Shown here one piece after another: positions 1 to 14,069 of a DNA stretch of 64,000 nucleotides (within the stretch, counting starts at the first letter, position 1; each line of letters starts with the position of its first letter). The translations under genes were made by a program, and so were the position numbers. Below the pieces are notes generated by a model. The model was not told the origin of the DNA, did not search any database, and saw only the letters and a list, made by a program, of their open reading frames with translations. Where the stretch lies: the NCBI GenBank assembly GCA_951406725.2, contig OX597821.1, forward strand, positions 71,176,001-71,240,000. The letters run 5' to 3'. The DNA is from Octopus vulgaris (taxonomy: Eukaryota).

Positions 1-3
1 TAC

Positions 4-208
4 TCAAAATAAGCAACAAGTATATCCAAGGTAGAGTAGTACAATTGTTTCATGCTACTTCATTTTATTAAACACTGTAAGTATTACATCAGTTTTTAAA
101 TTGCTCGACATTTTAAAACTGATGTAATACTTACAGTGTTTAATAAAATGAAGTAGCACGAAACAATTGTACTGCTCTACCTTGGATATACTTGTTGCTT
201 ATTTTGAT
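4..208. repeat. About 97-bp-arm inverted repeat (hairpin) containing a partial hammerhead-like motif
   Basis: tcaaaataagcaacaagtatatccaaggtagag... mirrored by ...ctctaccttggatatacttgttgcttattttga; CTGATGT...GAAACAATTGTA at 119-171. Confidence 0.85.
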
Positions 209-638
209 TATAATCACCCCATTTGATTTATATGGATAATACCATACAAAATTCTGGTGTCTTTAACTTAAGTACCACCATATTCATCTGAATATATGTA
301 TGTTTTTGTTACCATTTTTACCCCTCCGCAAAAAAATCTCAAATTTTATTTAATTTGATTTTCGCGGGAAGGAAAATTTCATTGAAGTCATGTATCGCCT
401 TGACCTTCGAAACGTGGAGTAGATGAAATTAAGGCGACTGAAGAAGGGGAATTTTCCTTTTTTTGTATGTCCTGTACTCTATTTTTTCGTTGTTTTTAAA
501 AAAAAAATGTCCATTTTCTTGGTTTTGTGTTTATGTTTTCGTTTCTCATTGTGTTCGACGTTTTTTTGGTGTCCTGTACCCATATATGTATGTATATATA
601 CATGTAGAGGTAGGTACGTACATATATGTATGTATATA

Positions 639-686
<48 letters not shown>

Positions 687-836
687 CATACATATACACG
701 CCACACATATACATACACACACATATTCGTGTACAGTCATGTTTAACATGTTTGAATGTATTCGGACGTGACAAGATCTTATTACGCCTGGTTTCACTTG
801 AATACGTTCAACATGACTTTAGAGAAATATATTTTA

Positions 837-1231
837 CGAGCAGTATCGCCCGGCGTTGCTCGGGTTTGTAAGGGAAATAACTATATAAGCACTTTTAGAG
901 AGTTATAGCCAAAAAATAGCAAAAAAATGCATTAAAAATGAAAAAAATGATAGTAATTTTTTTTTTAAATCGTTGACTCATCGTAGACATTTTTAGAGAG
1001 TTACTTCCCTTATATAATAGCGAAAAAATGCATTAAAATGGAAAAAAATGATGGTAACTTGTTTTTAAACTCGTAGACTCATCGTAGACGCGCGCTAATA
1101 CCCAGAAGGGCTCGATATGAATCACGACATAAGATACCCAGTTTTGGTTAAACTGCACCGCAAAATGTGGGAGTAGTTAGGAATCTAAATCGTAGGGGAC
1201 AGACACACAACTTCTCTTTTATATATAAAGA
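837..1231 (-). mobile_element. Non-autonomous Helitron
   Basis: Minus strand starts A|TCTTTATATATAAAA and ends with the hairpin CCCGAGCAACGCCGGG about 11 nt before a CTAG-like end; same family as 60158-60542. Confidence 0.75.
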
Positions 1232-1257
1232 TTTGACGCTGCTTCGTGCGGCACATT

Positions 1258-1310
<53 letters not shown>

Positions 1311-1311
<1 letters not shown>

Positions 1312-2448
1312 TAGCAAAGATACCCGGCGTTGCACAGGGTTTAAATGGCATAGTTTGTATGCATGGTACAGTTAAGTTGAAACATGTGGTACGGGGAAGC
1401 GTGGCGCTGACGACAAAACATTTGTGGAGTAAATGGAGGGTTAATTCGTCTAAGTGGCATGCCATGCGTCTGTTTGGAAGATTTGTCATGGAAAAGTGGG
1501 TGGGGGTATGTGATTTGTGAACGCACCAAAAAGCTCTCAGTGGATATACTCTCCTCTACGGCTGTCGGCGCTGCTGCTACCACGCTATACAATCAGCAGA
1601 CATAGGAACTACATCTATGTAATAAATAAAGCCTGTGGGTGCACTGAACAGCACAACATGAGAGAAATCTACATGAAAGAAAGGATGTGGTAAGGGTGGG
1701 GATTGGCAAGGAAGCGCTTGGAAACAACACTGTCGTCATGCGGTATTTCGGTTTGGAATCAATAGTCGTAGCTCAACTGTGCATCCCATCGTGTAAACAG
1801 CGTGCGACCATTGTGAGGACAGCTCAGCTCCCAAACGAAAGCAGTTCTGCATGTAGCGTCTGGGAATACAAGGCCACATTAAGGACACAGTCTCTAACAA
1901 ACGTGTTTGGGTTTTAAACACCATAAATTAGAAGGTTAATGTTCATGCGATACGTTAGTTTTGTAATCAACAGCTGAAAAATATTTGTATGGGCTTCATC
2001 TGTGTTTGAAGGAAGACTTCGATACTGAAGCTAAAAGAAATTAGTTGAATAGTTGCTCAGGATTTAACATATTTTAGAATATTTTTCATAAAAAACACAG
2101 TACGTTCCAAACGGTTTTTATTCCAACAAATTGCTACCTATGGTACTACGGGAGCAGGCTATTATTGCTACAATTTAGACAACGCAGTTTGAAGTCTACA
2201 TCGATTCGTCCATTTAATACAGTCTACTTACATCATTTCAGCAGCTGCTTTTTCAAGTGTGAACAGAAGCAATGTGTGGATCATGCGGGCAGTTGTACGT
2301 ACATCAGGAAAGGGTTTTTTTTCTGCCCCCAGGGACCCCATTACTCATTATGTGAAAAATTTAAGAGTCTAAAACCATCTTTGGAACATAAGTAATGTAT
2401 GTTCCCAATTTGAAGAAAATCAGTAGCGAACTTCAGAAGTTCGGTGGG

Positions 2449-2513
<65 letters not shown>

Positions 2514-2545
2514 CACACACATATCCTCGATTTTATATATATATA
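1311..2545 (-). mobile_element. Second Helitron-like element (3' CTAG plus hairpin at 1311-1340); its 5' segment is duplicated at about 2650-2815
   Basis: a-ctag-caaagata-cccggcgttgcacaggg; 2310-2460 is similar to 2650-2800. The distal boundary is approximate. Confidence 0.55.
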
Positions 2546-2809
2546 TATGTACATATATACGAGGTAGAGAAATTAACATAAGTACGTCATCAAGAGTAAT
2601 GTCCCTTGACCCAACGGAGTTATGTAATCATTCGTATTGTTTATACAAGAAGGGGTGTTTTCTGACCCAGGGGCCCTATTACTCACTATGTGAAAAATTT
2701 TAAGAGCCTAAAACCAACTCTGGAACATAAGTAATGTTTGTTTCCAGTTTGGAGAAAATCAGTTGTGAGCTTCAGAAGTTATGTAGGTTTACGCACACAC
2801 ATTCTCAGT

Positions 2810-2888
<79 letters not shown>

Positions 2889-5800
2889 ATGTATGCTTCA
2901 TCATACCTGTGAAACTTCAAATGATGCATGTCTGACTTTGTAGCATGAGTCAGGTCTACATTACTCACAGGAGTGAGAAAAAACCCCAAAATTCCTGATC
3001 GTCTCAACGCTGGGTTCTAAGTAACCAAATGGGTTCAACTGGTACTTATTTTATCGAAAGGATGAAAAATAAATTTGAATTTAGAACGTAAAGACGGACG
3101 AAATGTCGCTTAGCATTTTGACCGGCATGCTAACAATTCTGCCAGCTCGCCTCCTTAGTCTCGGGTATTAACAATGGAAAGTGAAATAAAATGACTCCGT
3201 TCGGGAATTGAAACCATGTCACCTTGCATCGTACGACAATTTGTTGTACGACGCAAACTTGAAGTGAAAATTTGTTGAGGTAGCATTTAAGTCTATCACA
3301 GAGCATCGATCTAGAACAAGAAGGTAACAGTGCTCATGGCGGCATTTGACCGTAAGAAGGCTGAACTAAATACATTTAGTGCAACACTACCCTGTGTTTC
3401 CCACACACACTGTCTAATCAATGGTGATTTGTTTGATTTATTTCTGGCAGTGAATCCGTTGAACTGTGACTGCGTCGGATAAAATGTCTAAAGAATTCGT
3501 TCCAGCTTTCCGGACTCAGAATTTCAATCGCTCGAGGCCAACTTTACCTTTATGACCTCCAGACTCAATCAGTAAAATACTCCTCTCCCTCTTTCTGGAA
3601 GAAATCGTTTATGGTAAGGACTGGAGCTGAGACAGAGAAGAGTCACGACGAATTTTACCTTTACTTTAGCCTCAAATCATAATACAAAATGTTTTCCTTT
3701 CAGTTAAACTCAATGCGACTTAAACACGAGTAAATACGCTGAAGTGGGTCGCATCTGAATATTTAGAACTACTTCTTTGAAAAAAACTGCTGACCGGTTA
3801 AACCATCCTCTGATCGCATTCAAAACAATGGACAGAAGATTTTCTTTAATCGGCGATCACAATATGACGAAATTATTTCAAAGCAGACATTTAAGCATTT
3901 TTATTTCCGAGGACCCCAGCTGTAACTGCATCCTAAAAACAGAATATGACAGAGAGACAATCAGGTATTCAATGGTTAGTACTTTAACGATCACTGTCCA
4001 TTATCCTATTGGATTCAAATCCCGCCCAGGTTGAGTTTGCTTTCATTCATTTTTCTAATATTGATAAATGATTTCATCCCTGGTTTGGGAAGATGCGTGG
4101 CCTAGTGAGCAGAGTGTTGGGGCTCTCGATCGTAAGGTTATGGGTTCAATTCCCAGACCGCGTGGCGTATCATTTCATGTCGCTTCAGTTTAGTCAGCTG
4201 AAACGAAGTACAAGCCTAGTGCTGCTGATACAGCCCCGCTCATCTATCGCATCCTGGACTTGCCGCATGATCAAGGGAGAGGGTGGATCAAGAAGAGGGT
4301 ATGTTTGTCCGCGGTTACAAACGTACCTGAAACAAGGTGCAAAAACTTAGTAGAAACAATCAGATCCTACTCGCTTGCAAGCAACGACTAAGCTATTTTA
4401 CTTCTAGTCTGGTGCTGAGAACGAGGATTTCATCAACTGCATCTTTTCTTCAATAGTTGCTGAAATGGTGCATCATCGGACAAAATGGCTTTCATTTCTT
4501 CTTTCTATTTCCTTTGTTCAATTGTCGAACTGTTTCTTTCCCCTTTCAGGAGTCGATAAATTAAGCACTGGTGTCGATTCAATTAATATTTCTCATATAT
4601 ATATATATATATAGGTGAGAGATTTGGTGTGTGAAAGCACGTGGTTGGATGTATAAAAAATAAAAAAGAGGGAAAAAAACTACAGAAGGCTTGTGTTATA
4701 AGGTTAAAGAATATATTTAAATCGTTATGTTAGAAAATTTTGTATATAGTAACATATATATATATATATATATATATATGGCCTTCACCCAATAGAAAAC
4801 GTCCTTATCATTATCATCATCATTATCATGATGGAGGTGTAGACGAGTAAGACAAGAGAGGTTACTTAGTTAATCGATCTTGCGATCTGTGTTCAAATCC
4901 GTCGGCTGTCGACTTTGACTTTCATTTTTTTCGCCAATAAATAAAACCAGTAACAGCTAAGACGTGGGTTCTTTACTCCATATTTTATATTGTTAGAAAT
5001 CACCAACGTTTTTAGAGTAAATACTAAATAAATTTCTTGTGTAACTATAAGATCTCAGATTTGTCAGTGGAAAAGATTGTACAGTGTCAGCACTGGTAAG
5101 AAGCGAAATTCCAACAGCCTGCACTCGCAATTTTGGGCTCACTTTGAGCCTAATTTTATCTATCCATGGAAAGGTGAAAAATGGAAAACATTTGTTATTG
5201 GAATCGAATCTATGAATGCAGTAAAGTTGGAACTAGGTTTCTAACATTCTCTCTTATCTCCTCCTGAACCGTCTGCACGAACCTCTGCCGATTCATGTGA
5301 TATGCAACATAAATATCAATACGGTTATTATACTAAATGTATTAGTTGCCTTTCTATGAATGAGTGAGGTGTTGTGGTTACGGCGTTGCATTCAAGATCG
5401 CGATTTCGATTCTCGGACCGGGCGCTATGTTGTGCTCTTGAGCAAAACACTCCATCTCGTGTTTCTATGCGATCACTTTGACACCTAATGCGTAGTACAC
5501 GGTGCTTCTGTTCAGGCAGCGTCTATTTGATGGAAGGAGCGATTTTATGTACAGCACAAACGTTTGATCCCTTTAGACAAATCTTTTTTTGTAGGGGATT
5601 CAGCAAAGAAGTTGCAGAACCTTCATCCTCTTGTAAACGAGATCAAAGTTCAGCATCATTTAGTTTACTTTTTGATGTCATGGCTTTCTTCTCCTGAACA
5701 GACAATCAGCCATATTCTTGATTCAATGGATCGGGTGTAAAAAAAAAGAACTGGAACAAACATATCTTTCCATAAGACATGTCAGTCCCCAAGTCTTTAA

Positions 5801-6010
5801 GTCTGGGATTAGACCAAGCATTGCAGAAGAAATTTCCTCTGAGGAGTTATTCCACTGCGTTTGCCCTACCATTATTAAGGAATTTAAATATAAACAACAA
5901 AGAAATCTGAAGCAAATATACCAAATAAAGTATTTTATAAGGAAATTAATTGATGTGCGTAGGTTTTGGATAGGGACAAAAAAAGTAGTGTAGTTATTAA
6001 AAAGAACATA

Positions 6011-6136
6011 GGAGGGGTGTATGAAAAGTGTTGAGCCTTAAATAAACAAAACATGGTACAAGACTTCTGATAAAGGTTCAAAACTTCAAGGGTCAAAGGC
6101 CTTGAAGGCTCAAAACAACTTTTCATACGCCCCTCG
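6011..6136. mobile_element. Mariner-type MITE
   Basis: TIRs ggaggggtgtatgaaaagtgttgagcctt / aaggctcaaaacaacttttcatacgcccctcg, flanked by TA. Confidence 0.75.
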
Positions 6137-6237
6137 TAAATGGAGTTACTGGAAAAACATCCGGTTATTTATGGTGTCTGCTTCCGGGAATCATATTTGA
6201 GAAATGTAATAGTTTACTTAATATTTTAATTGGGTAT

Positions 6238-6630
6238 ACAGGCGCATGCGTAGCTGTGAGTTTCAAAAGCTTGCTTTGCAGCGACGTGGTTTCAGGTTCA
6301 ATTCCTCTGCGCGGCATATTGGATAAGTGCTTTCTATAATAGCCCCGGACCGACCTATCTTTGGAAATTCATTTAGCAGAAGGAAACTGCGTGGAAACCC
6401 ATCATACATACATGTATGCATGTGTATGTATGTATGCTACTTTGTCTCTCCACTACTACTTGACAACCCTTGTTGGTTTGTTTCCGTTTCTATAACTTAA
6501 CGGTTCGGCAAAAGAGACCGATTGACGAAGTACAAAACTTACAAAACAGGTATTACTGTGGATTGTTTGGACTAATGCCGTCAAGGCGGTGCCCCAGCAT
6601 GGCCACAGTCCAAAGACCGAAACAAGCAAT
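6238..6630 (+). mobile_element. tRNA-derived SINE, family B (diverged)
   Basis: aggcgcatgcgtagctgtgag...ggttcaattcctctgcg...cggttcggcaaaagagaccgat...ggcggtgccccagcatggccacagtc. Confidence 0.75.
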
Positions 6631-6958
6631 ATCTTGCGCCCTGATTGATTCGAGATTTCACATTCCAGTCTACAGACCGCCCCCACCCCATATAAGATTT
6701 GGTGGTTCCCTACGAAGGTGTCGTTGTTTAACCGATGGTTTGGTTTGACAAAGATAACCAATTGTTAAAGGCATTCCAGCCACAACATTATAATCTTTTC
6801 AGACAACTCAGCCTCAACCATCCATTACGTTTTTGTATGAAAAGTTAGGATGGCATTTCATGGAGATTTTGTGGCTCCTACCAGACACCACGAATATACA
6901 CATATAAATATATCCACATCTACATTCATGTTTTTATACATATAATACACACACACAA

Positions 6959-7003
<45 letters not shown>

Positions 7004-7059
7004 GATCGATCGATTATCAGTCTGTCTGTCTATCTATCTATAAGTCTATCTAGAGTCTT

Positions 7060-7451
7060 TTATTCTTTTGCTTGTTTCAGTCATTTGACTGCGGCCATGC
7101 TGGAGCACTGCCTTTAGTCGAACAAATCGCCCCCAGGACTTATTCTTTGTAAGCCTAGTACTTATTCTATCGGACGTTTTTGTCGAACCGCTAAGTTACG
7201 GGGACGTAAACACACCAGCACCGGTTGTCAAGCGATAGTGGTGATGGGTGGGCGGGGACAAACACAGACACACAAATATATATATATATATGGGCTTCTT
7301 TCAGTTTCCGCCTTCCAAATCCTCTCACAAGGCTTTGGTCGGCCCGAGGCTATAGTAGAACATACTCTCCCAAGATTCCACGCAGTGGGACTGAACCCGA
7401 AGCCATGCGGTTGGGAAGCAAGCTTCACACCACACAGCCACGCTTGCGCCT
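7060..7451 (-). mobile_element. tRNA-derived SINE, family B (internal microsatellite)
   Basis: cttgtttcagtcatttgactgcggccatgctggagcac ... gtgggactgaaccc ... cacacagccacgcttgcgcct. Confidence 0.85.
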
Positions 7452-7546
7452 ATATATATTTATATTAATAATTGACTGAAGCATCTGCTAAATATTGATA
7501 AAAATATACACATACTCGTATTTTGAGTTCTCTTTATACCGTTTAC

Positions 7547-7587
<41 letters not shown>

Positions 7588-7589
7588 TA

Positions 7590-7745
7590 TAGCCATCACG
7601 CTTGATCGCTAAATCCACAAGTTTTTTTCTCTGTTTATTTTCTTTTATTCCTTTCTGTTGAAGAGCTTATGTTCGAAACGTAAAACACTTTCTCACCTTC
7701 CCGAACGTCAAATTAATATACCTGCTTGTTGTTCGTACACCTCTC
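7590..7745 (+). mobile_element. Short repeat family carrying minimal hammerhead-like motif (motif 7651-7686)
   Basis: ctttCTGTTGAaGAGCttatGTTCGAAACGTAaaac; homologous to copies at 15560, 16275, 37855 and 63590. Confidence 0.6.
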
Positions 7746-7776
7746 TCTCTCACTCTCTCTCTCTCTCTCTCTCTCA

Positions 7777-7818
<42 letters not shown>

Positions 7819-9083
7819 TATGTATATGCACACACAAACACACGCACACACACATACATATAATCACCTGTGTAGACGTCTATAAAATGAGGATTTCAGA
7901 AAAGCGGCGAGGCGAATCATCTTTGGAAGAATTTTTAAAATCTCAAAAAGCCTCTCTTGTATATGTGTAGAGTTCTTTTGCATGGTTCAAAGTTCGAATT
8001 GGCAATTGGTGTTGCTGCATTTTATGGTTCACCTGGTATCCTGAAGCCGATATTCAGAGGGCAAAGTTAATAGGATCGATATCCTGTCGATGCAAACTTC
8101 CGATAAAAGGTCAATAACTGGAAAATAGACGTCAGATGCTCGTTGCTTGGTTAGGCACCAAACCTTCATACAAGAAGGAAAAGAACATTCGTTCATCGTA
8201 TTTTCTTGTCGATACTAGTAATGTAACGAAAGTGAATTTACTTCAACCGAGAACTGGAACCGCATCGATGTCGCAGCATGCCGGAAGCGTACCTTTTGCT
8301 TTATTACCGCCAGCCACAGCTGGAGATATTTCCTATCTTTGTCTTATAAATTCATTTATTTATTCACCTTGCCATTCGTACCTGTACTCGTTTACACGTT
8401 CATTCAATTTTATCCATAAAGGAGAAAAGAATATTTCGCTCTCTCACTCCCACACACATGGAAAAAAATACACAAAAGTAAAAGATAACAAAACAATGTA
8501 AGTCGAATGTTTTAAAACTGCTTATTGATATTCAAGGTTACATGGAAGATCTGAGAAACGAACAAAACAAGCTCATCACCTAATCAACACATTCTAAAGC
8601 CGGCTTTAGGTTGGGTTCAGTTGATTGCTTCAGATAGGCGGACTCCGGCTTTAATAGAAAGCAAATAGAGTCCCATAGGTCTACGGTAAACCATTGTTAA
8701 ATGGATCACTGGAATTGGAGGAGAATAATTATGAACAACGTTTGCAAAAATCGGTTTAACAAATATCCGAAGACTGGCCCTGCCTGAAATGTTTCAATTG
8801 TCTTCTTACGACACATTAACATTGGTTTCATTAAAACAAAACAAAACTTTGGTAAACGTCACTCACAATTCATTAGAATCATTCCATTTACATTTATATA
8901 TTCCATTAATTAAAAAATAAAGCTTAGATCATGCAACTTTTTTTTTTCCATCCAATCAGCAGACTTCGTACTTTGTTAAACTTGGAGAAAATGTTCAAAC
9001 AGATGTTCTTCTAATTGGGTTTGTTTTGAACATCCTAAAGCCGGCCCTCGTTCACATATGCACGCACGCACACGCGCACTCAG

Positions 9084-9142
<59 letters not shown>

Positions 9143-10539
9143 TGTAACAAACCTGGAATCTTAACATGCAAACGCTAATATATTTCCAAGCAATAGCAGA
9201 GAACATAAAACAGGAGTGAACAAAAAAAATCTTTTAAATTCAACAAACCTGGAATAAATTTCAAGGTTCCATCCTCTAACTAATGACTAAATTAAAGGTA
9301 ACAAGATGCAGGTGAATGTCCGGTGGAGGCGGTAATGATACTGGTGGTGGTAGGAGGAGTAAGTGGTAGTAGTACTACTACTACTAATAATAATAATAAT
9401 AGTGGTAACAGCAAATGCGATTGCTTGCTTGCGCTGTTAAGCATATATATATATATATATATATAATGATTAATAATAATGATAATAATAATACTAAATA
9501 ATAATAATAATAATAATACTTTCGACTTCTCATAAAGCAAAAAGAGGATTGTGGGTGTGTATGAGTGAAGGCGGGGGAGAGGTATTAGGAAAGACAGGAG
9601 GAGAGAAGGGAATGAGGAAAACAATGGAGGGAGAGCGATGGTGAGAGAAGGAAATTCATTGTTCGTTATTACTAAATGATAAGTGAAGTCTTTTTTGCGT
9701 AATAAATGTATACAAGCATTTAGTCCGTGTTTTCAATATATATATACATATATATATATATAAGTATGTAAGTATGTACATGTCACACATATTTGCATGT
9801 TGGAGTCAATTTGAAGGAGGAAGTATTTTTGCCTGATGAAAACGTCATCATTGTGTCAAAACTAAAGTTGATAGAAATCTCTATCGTTTCAGGTTTTTTC
9901 TTTTTCAGTTTTCGTTAAAATTGTTTCCTTGTGGCATTGCAGTCTCCTTGTACTTTGTATTCATTTTTTTTTTGGTTTTTTTTTGTAATAAAGTTTTTCT
10001 TTTAAAAAAATTACTTTTATGTGTTTGGAATATTTTTTCCTTTCAGTTTTCGTTAGAAATCATTATATAATAATAATATTATGATTATATTTTGTGGGTA
10101 TTTTGTTGCTTGTCAAGCAAACCTTTGCTTATTTTGATTTTGATTCTCTGCAACAAAATAGCTTTCTCTCTCTTTGCAATATGTACGATCCAATTCTCAG
10201 AAGACAAAAAATTGAAAATTAAAAAAATTAAAAAAATGAAAACAAAAGTTTTTTTTAATGAAAAAGGTAAATTTTTGTCCGTTTTAGATGGGATATTTCT
10301 TTTAGTTGTTTTAAATTACTTCTGTCTGTGCACTCTGTGTTCTTTGAGAGCCCTCAAGTGACTCCCAAAATAAAACCACACACACTCATATATATATTAT
10401 ATACATATGCATATTATATGTTTCTATAACACATATATACACATGTGCATATATATAATTATGTGTGCTTATGTATATATTTATATACACATATATGCAT
10501 ATGTTCATGTGTAGAAAATCTAGCGCCCGAAGATAAATG

Positions 10540-10680
10540 TTACTGTTTGTTGTGGTTCGGAGCCGCCATTTCGTAATTTGCTGCATCAGTCGGTTTTCTC
10601 GTAACCGAAGCAGTTTTGGTACTTGTGCCAGAAGTCGACTTTTCTTTCACCTTTAGAAGCCGTTTGTATTCTTTCCATAC
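10540..10680 (-). CDS. aGPCR terminal coding exon: helix 8 and short C-tail (VWKEYKRLLKVKEKSTSGTSTKTASVTRKPTDAANYEMAAPNHNKQ*)
   Basis: Acceptor tattttttcag|GTA; V.KEY helix-8 motif; TAA at 10540-10542. Confidence 0.88.
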   Translation of the reverse strand, partial: VWKEYKRLLKVKEKSTSGTSTKTASVTRKPTDAANYEMAAPNHNKQ

Positions 10681-11049
10681 CTGAAAAAATATAAGGTGAT
10701 GTAAATATATAATATCATATTATATTATATATGATATAATTATATTATATAAATATATAAAAATATATATATATATATATATATATAATGATATTAATAT
10801 TAGGGAGTAAATCCAAACTTACAGGGAAAAATTAGATTTAGGATTAAATCTAATTTTATAGTATAAATAACAATGAAAATCATAAGCCAATACATAGAAA
10901 TAAAATTAATTAAAAAAATATATAAAAAATATAAAATATAAAATATAAAAATCCAATTAAAATATTTAAATTAAAGTTAAAAATTTAAAAAATTATTTAA
11001 ATGAATAATTTAAACTTATAGATTATATATATATATATATATATTATTA

Positions 11050-12200
11050 TTGTTATTTTATTTAATTATTTTTTTTTTGTTCATTACAAAACCTCGCTAA
11101 GATAAGTATATATTTATATTTAAGATCTTTAAATTTTAATATTTATAAGTCTTATGGTATAATATTATTGTTTTTTTATGTATATATCGTTGTTTATCCA
11201 ATTATCGTATTTTTCTATATAATTATTAGATATTAACTTTAAGTTTATTCGTAAGAATTTACTTAGCGATAGATATGTTGTTTGATAGCAAGTATATGAG
11301 TTTGTATAAGTTAGATTCATGTATATACGTGTATTAATAGCATTAATTGTAGTTTTACATTTCTTATAATTATTATTTTAACTTATATATTGTCTTTTTA
11401 AATTGTTATTTGCTAGTTACATTATTCCCATTGATAAATATATTTATAGTATTTATTTGTTACTATATAACTACGAATTGATTATTTCTTTAAGTACTTT
11501 AAAGATAAGATTTTTGAAAGTTATTATTTAGCCAAAGAGATAAAGATAGTTAATTTACTATAGCGTTCGTTTAAGATGGTTCGTTTGTATTTTTGAAATT
11601 AGCTATTTCATCTCTAAATATGAAAAATTAATTTATTAGGTCTTTATTATATGTGCATATATATTTATTTATAGAGATTATTTAGATTTTAATTATATAT
11701 TTATATACATTTATATATTTTCATTGATAATTTATATATTATTTATATTTTATATATTATATTTCATATATTATTTAAATTTTACTTTTTAATAATATGA
11801 ATAATCATTTTTTTTGTAAAATATTTATGTAATATATATTGACTATTACTGATATTAGATTATTGGCGGGTTTCTTACCTTAAAAATTAATACTTAATAA
11901 TTAAAATTAATATTTAACATTATAATCGTTGTTTTGACATTATCATAATCGTTAAGTTTCTAGTTTGATAATAGAGTTTTTTTATAAGAAAATTTATTAT
12001 ATTATTTATTTCTTAAAAAATGTTGTTTAAATATTTTTGATTATTTATTAAAATATTACAATTAACCTGAAGATTGACTGTAACCATAACTCGAATTATT
12101 AATTGAATTTAAATTATTGTTATTCGAATTGGTTACAGGCATGAAACGATCGTAGTGTTTTTACTCTTTATCTTATTAAACTTTTAATACTTTTTGATAG
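11050..12200 (+). mobile_element. Strongly AT-eroded Penelope-like element remnant flanked by about 170-bp inverted repeats (10868-11040 / 12300-12467)
   Basis: Traces of PLE linker motifs (WYN..., IFL.II), a terminal hammerhead motif, and flanks that are reverse complements (gaaaatcataagccaa / ttggcttatgattttc). Confidence 0.55.
12067..12160 (+). ncRNA. Hammerhead motif with long stem II at 3' end of a decayed PLE
   Basis: CTGAAGA-t-tgactgtaacca...tggttacaggca-t-GAAA-CGATC-GTA; palindrome ACGATCGT; stem I degenerate. Confidence 0.65.
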
Positions 12201-12498
12201 TTTATAAAAAAATAAAAAATAAATAAATGAATAAATATAAAAATATTAAAAAAATTTAAAAAATAAAAAATATATAAAAAAAATAATAAAATTATATATA
12301 TATATATATATATAATTTATAAGTTTAAATTATTAATTTAAATAATTTTTTAATTTTTAACTTTAATTTAAATATTTTAATTGGATTTTTATATTTTATA
12401 TTTTATATTTTTTATATATTTTTTTAATTAATTTTATTTCTATGCATTGGCTTATGATTTTCACTGTTTGATTTGCCTAGTAGTGGTTTTATCTCTAA

Positions 12499-12580
<82 letters not shown>

Positions 12581-12648
12581 TATATACATATATATATATA
12601 AATATATATATATATACATATATATATATAATATATATATATATACAT

Positions 12649-12697
<49 letters not shown>

Positions 12698-12799
12698 TAT
12701 ATATTATATTATATATATGGCTCACAACGAACACTACATTTTCTTTCTGTATTAATGTGACTTATTGTAAATAACAAGCTCTAATTAAACTATGCATAT

Positions 12800-12850
<51 letters not shown>

Positions 12851-13579
12851 CAATTCACTGGTACTTCAGTTGGATACCATATACAAATATTGATATAATT
12901 CAATACTAAAGATGAACTAAATATAGAGGTATACTATAGACATTCAATAATTTATTTATATTACAATATTACATTAAATATTACGAATATAATATAGAAC
13001 ATAACATATTATTATATAAATAATTATAAAAACCGTAGAAGGTCAACAAATTGTTTCGACTAATATATTTTTCTTATCTACATAATCACAGTTCATGTAT
13101 ATGTATATATATATGTATATACATATATATGTATGTATGTATGTATATATATATATATCCATCCTTCGTCCATTGACCTCTTTTCCCTATTATGTTAACA
13201 TCTACCCTCTCCACTGTCATACCATCTCATACACAACGACGGCCTCTCTACTCTCCACCCATTCACACAACATACCCAGCTTCATCTCTGTCTCTCTCGC
13301 CCTTCTCCTGTCTACTGTTTCATCATTACACTTCTGCTGCTTATCACTGCCAGTCATCTCCTACTCACAGCCGGTAGTTCGCTGGATCCACTCGATCAAT
13401 CCCATTCTCTCTTCTAAAATTTGAGAAGTTACGTAGTTCCTCTAAGTAAGAAATCTGTTCTGTGCTGGCCCTTTTTCTCATACTTTTGGCCCTCATCCCC
13501 TAGTATAAAGTTGCCATCCCTAACTTTGATTCTTAGTCTTGTAGACTGCATTACAGTCTCACAGTAGATATCCTTTATC

Positions 13580-13675
13580 TTTCCCTTGTTTCAGTCATCA
13601 GGCCGCGGCCATGTTGGGGCACCACCTTCAAGAATTTTAGTCGAAAGAATAGACCCTAGTACTTATTCTATCGAT

Positions 13676-13749
<74 letters not shown>

Positions 13750-13918
13750 CACACACACATGATGGGCTTCTTTTAATTTCCGCGTACAAAATCCGCTCAC
13801 AAGGCTTTGGTCCGCCCGAGGCTACAGTAGACACTTGCCTAAGGTACCATGCAGTGGGGCTGAACCGGGAACCATGCGGTTGGGAATCAGACTGCTGACC
13901 ATAGTCACTCCTGCGCCT
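13580..13918 (-). mobile_element. tRNA-derived SINE, family B
   Basis: Homologous to 7060-7451, with an internal (CA)n tract. Confidence 0.8.
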
Positions 13919-13922
13919 ATAT

Positions 13923-13998
<76 letters not shown>

Positions 13999-14069
13999 AA
14001 TTTTACATGCACAAGTTCAAACTTTATTCAAATACGAATCAGAGAAAGCATTCGTCTCGATATACCAAC

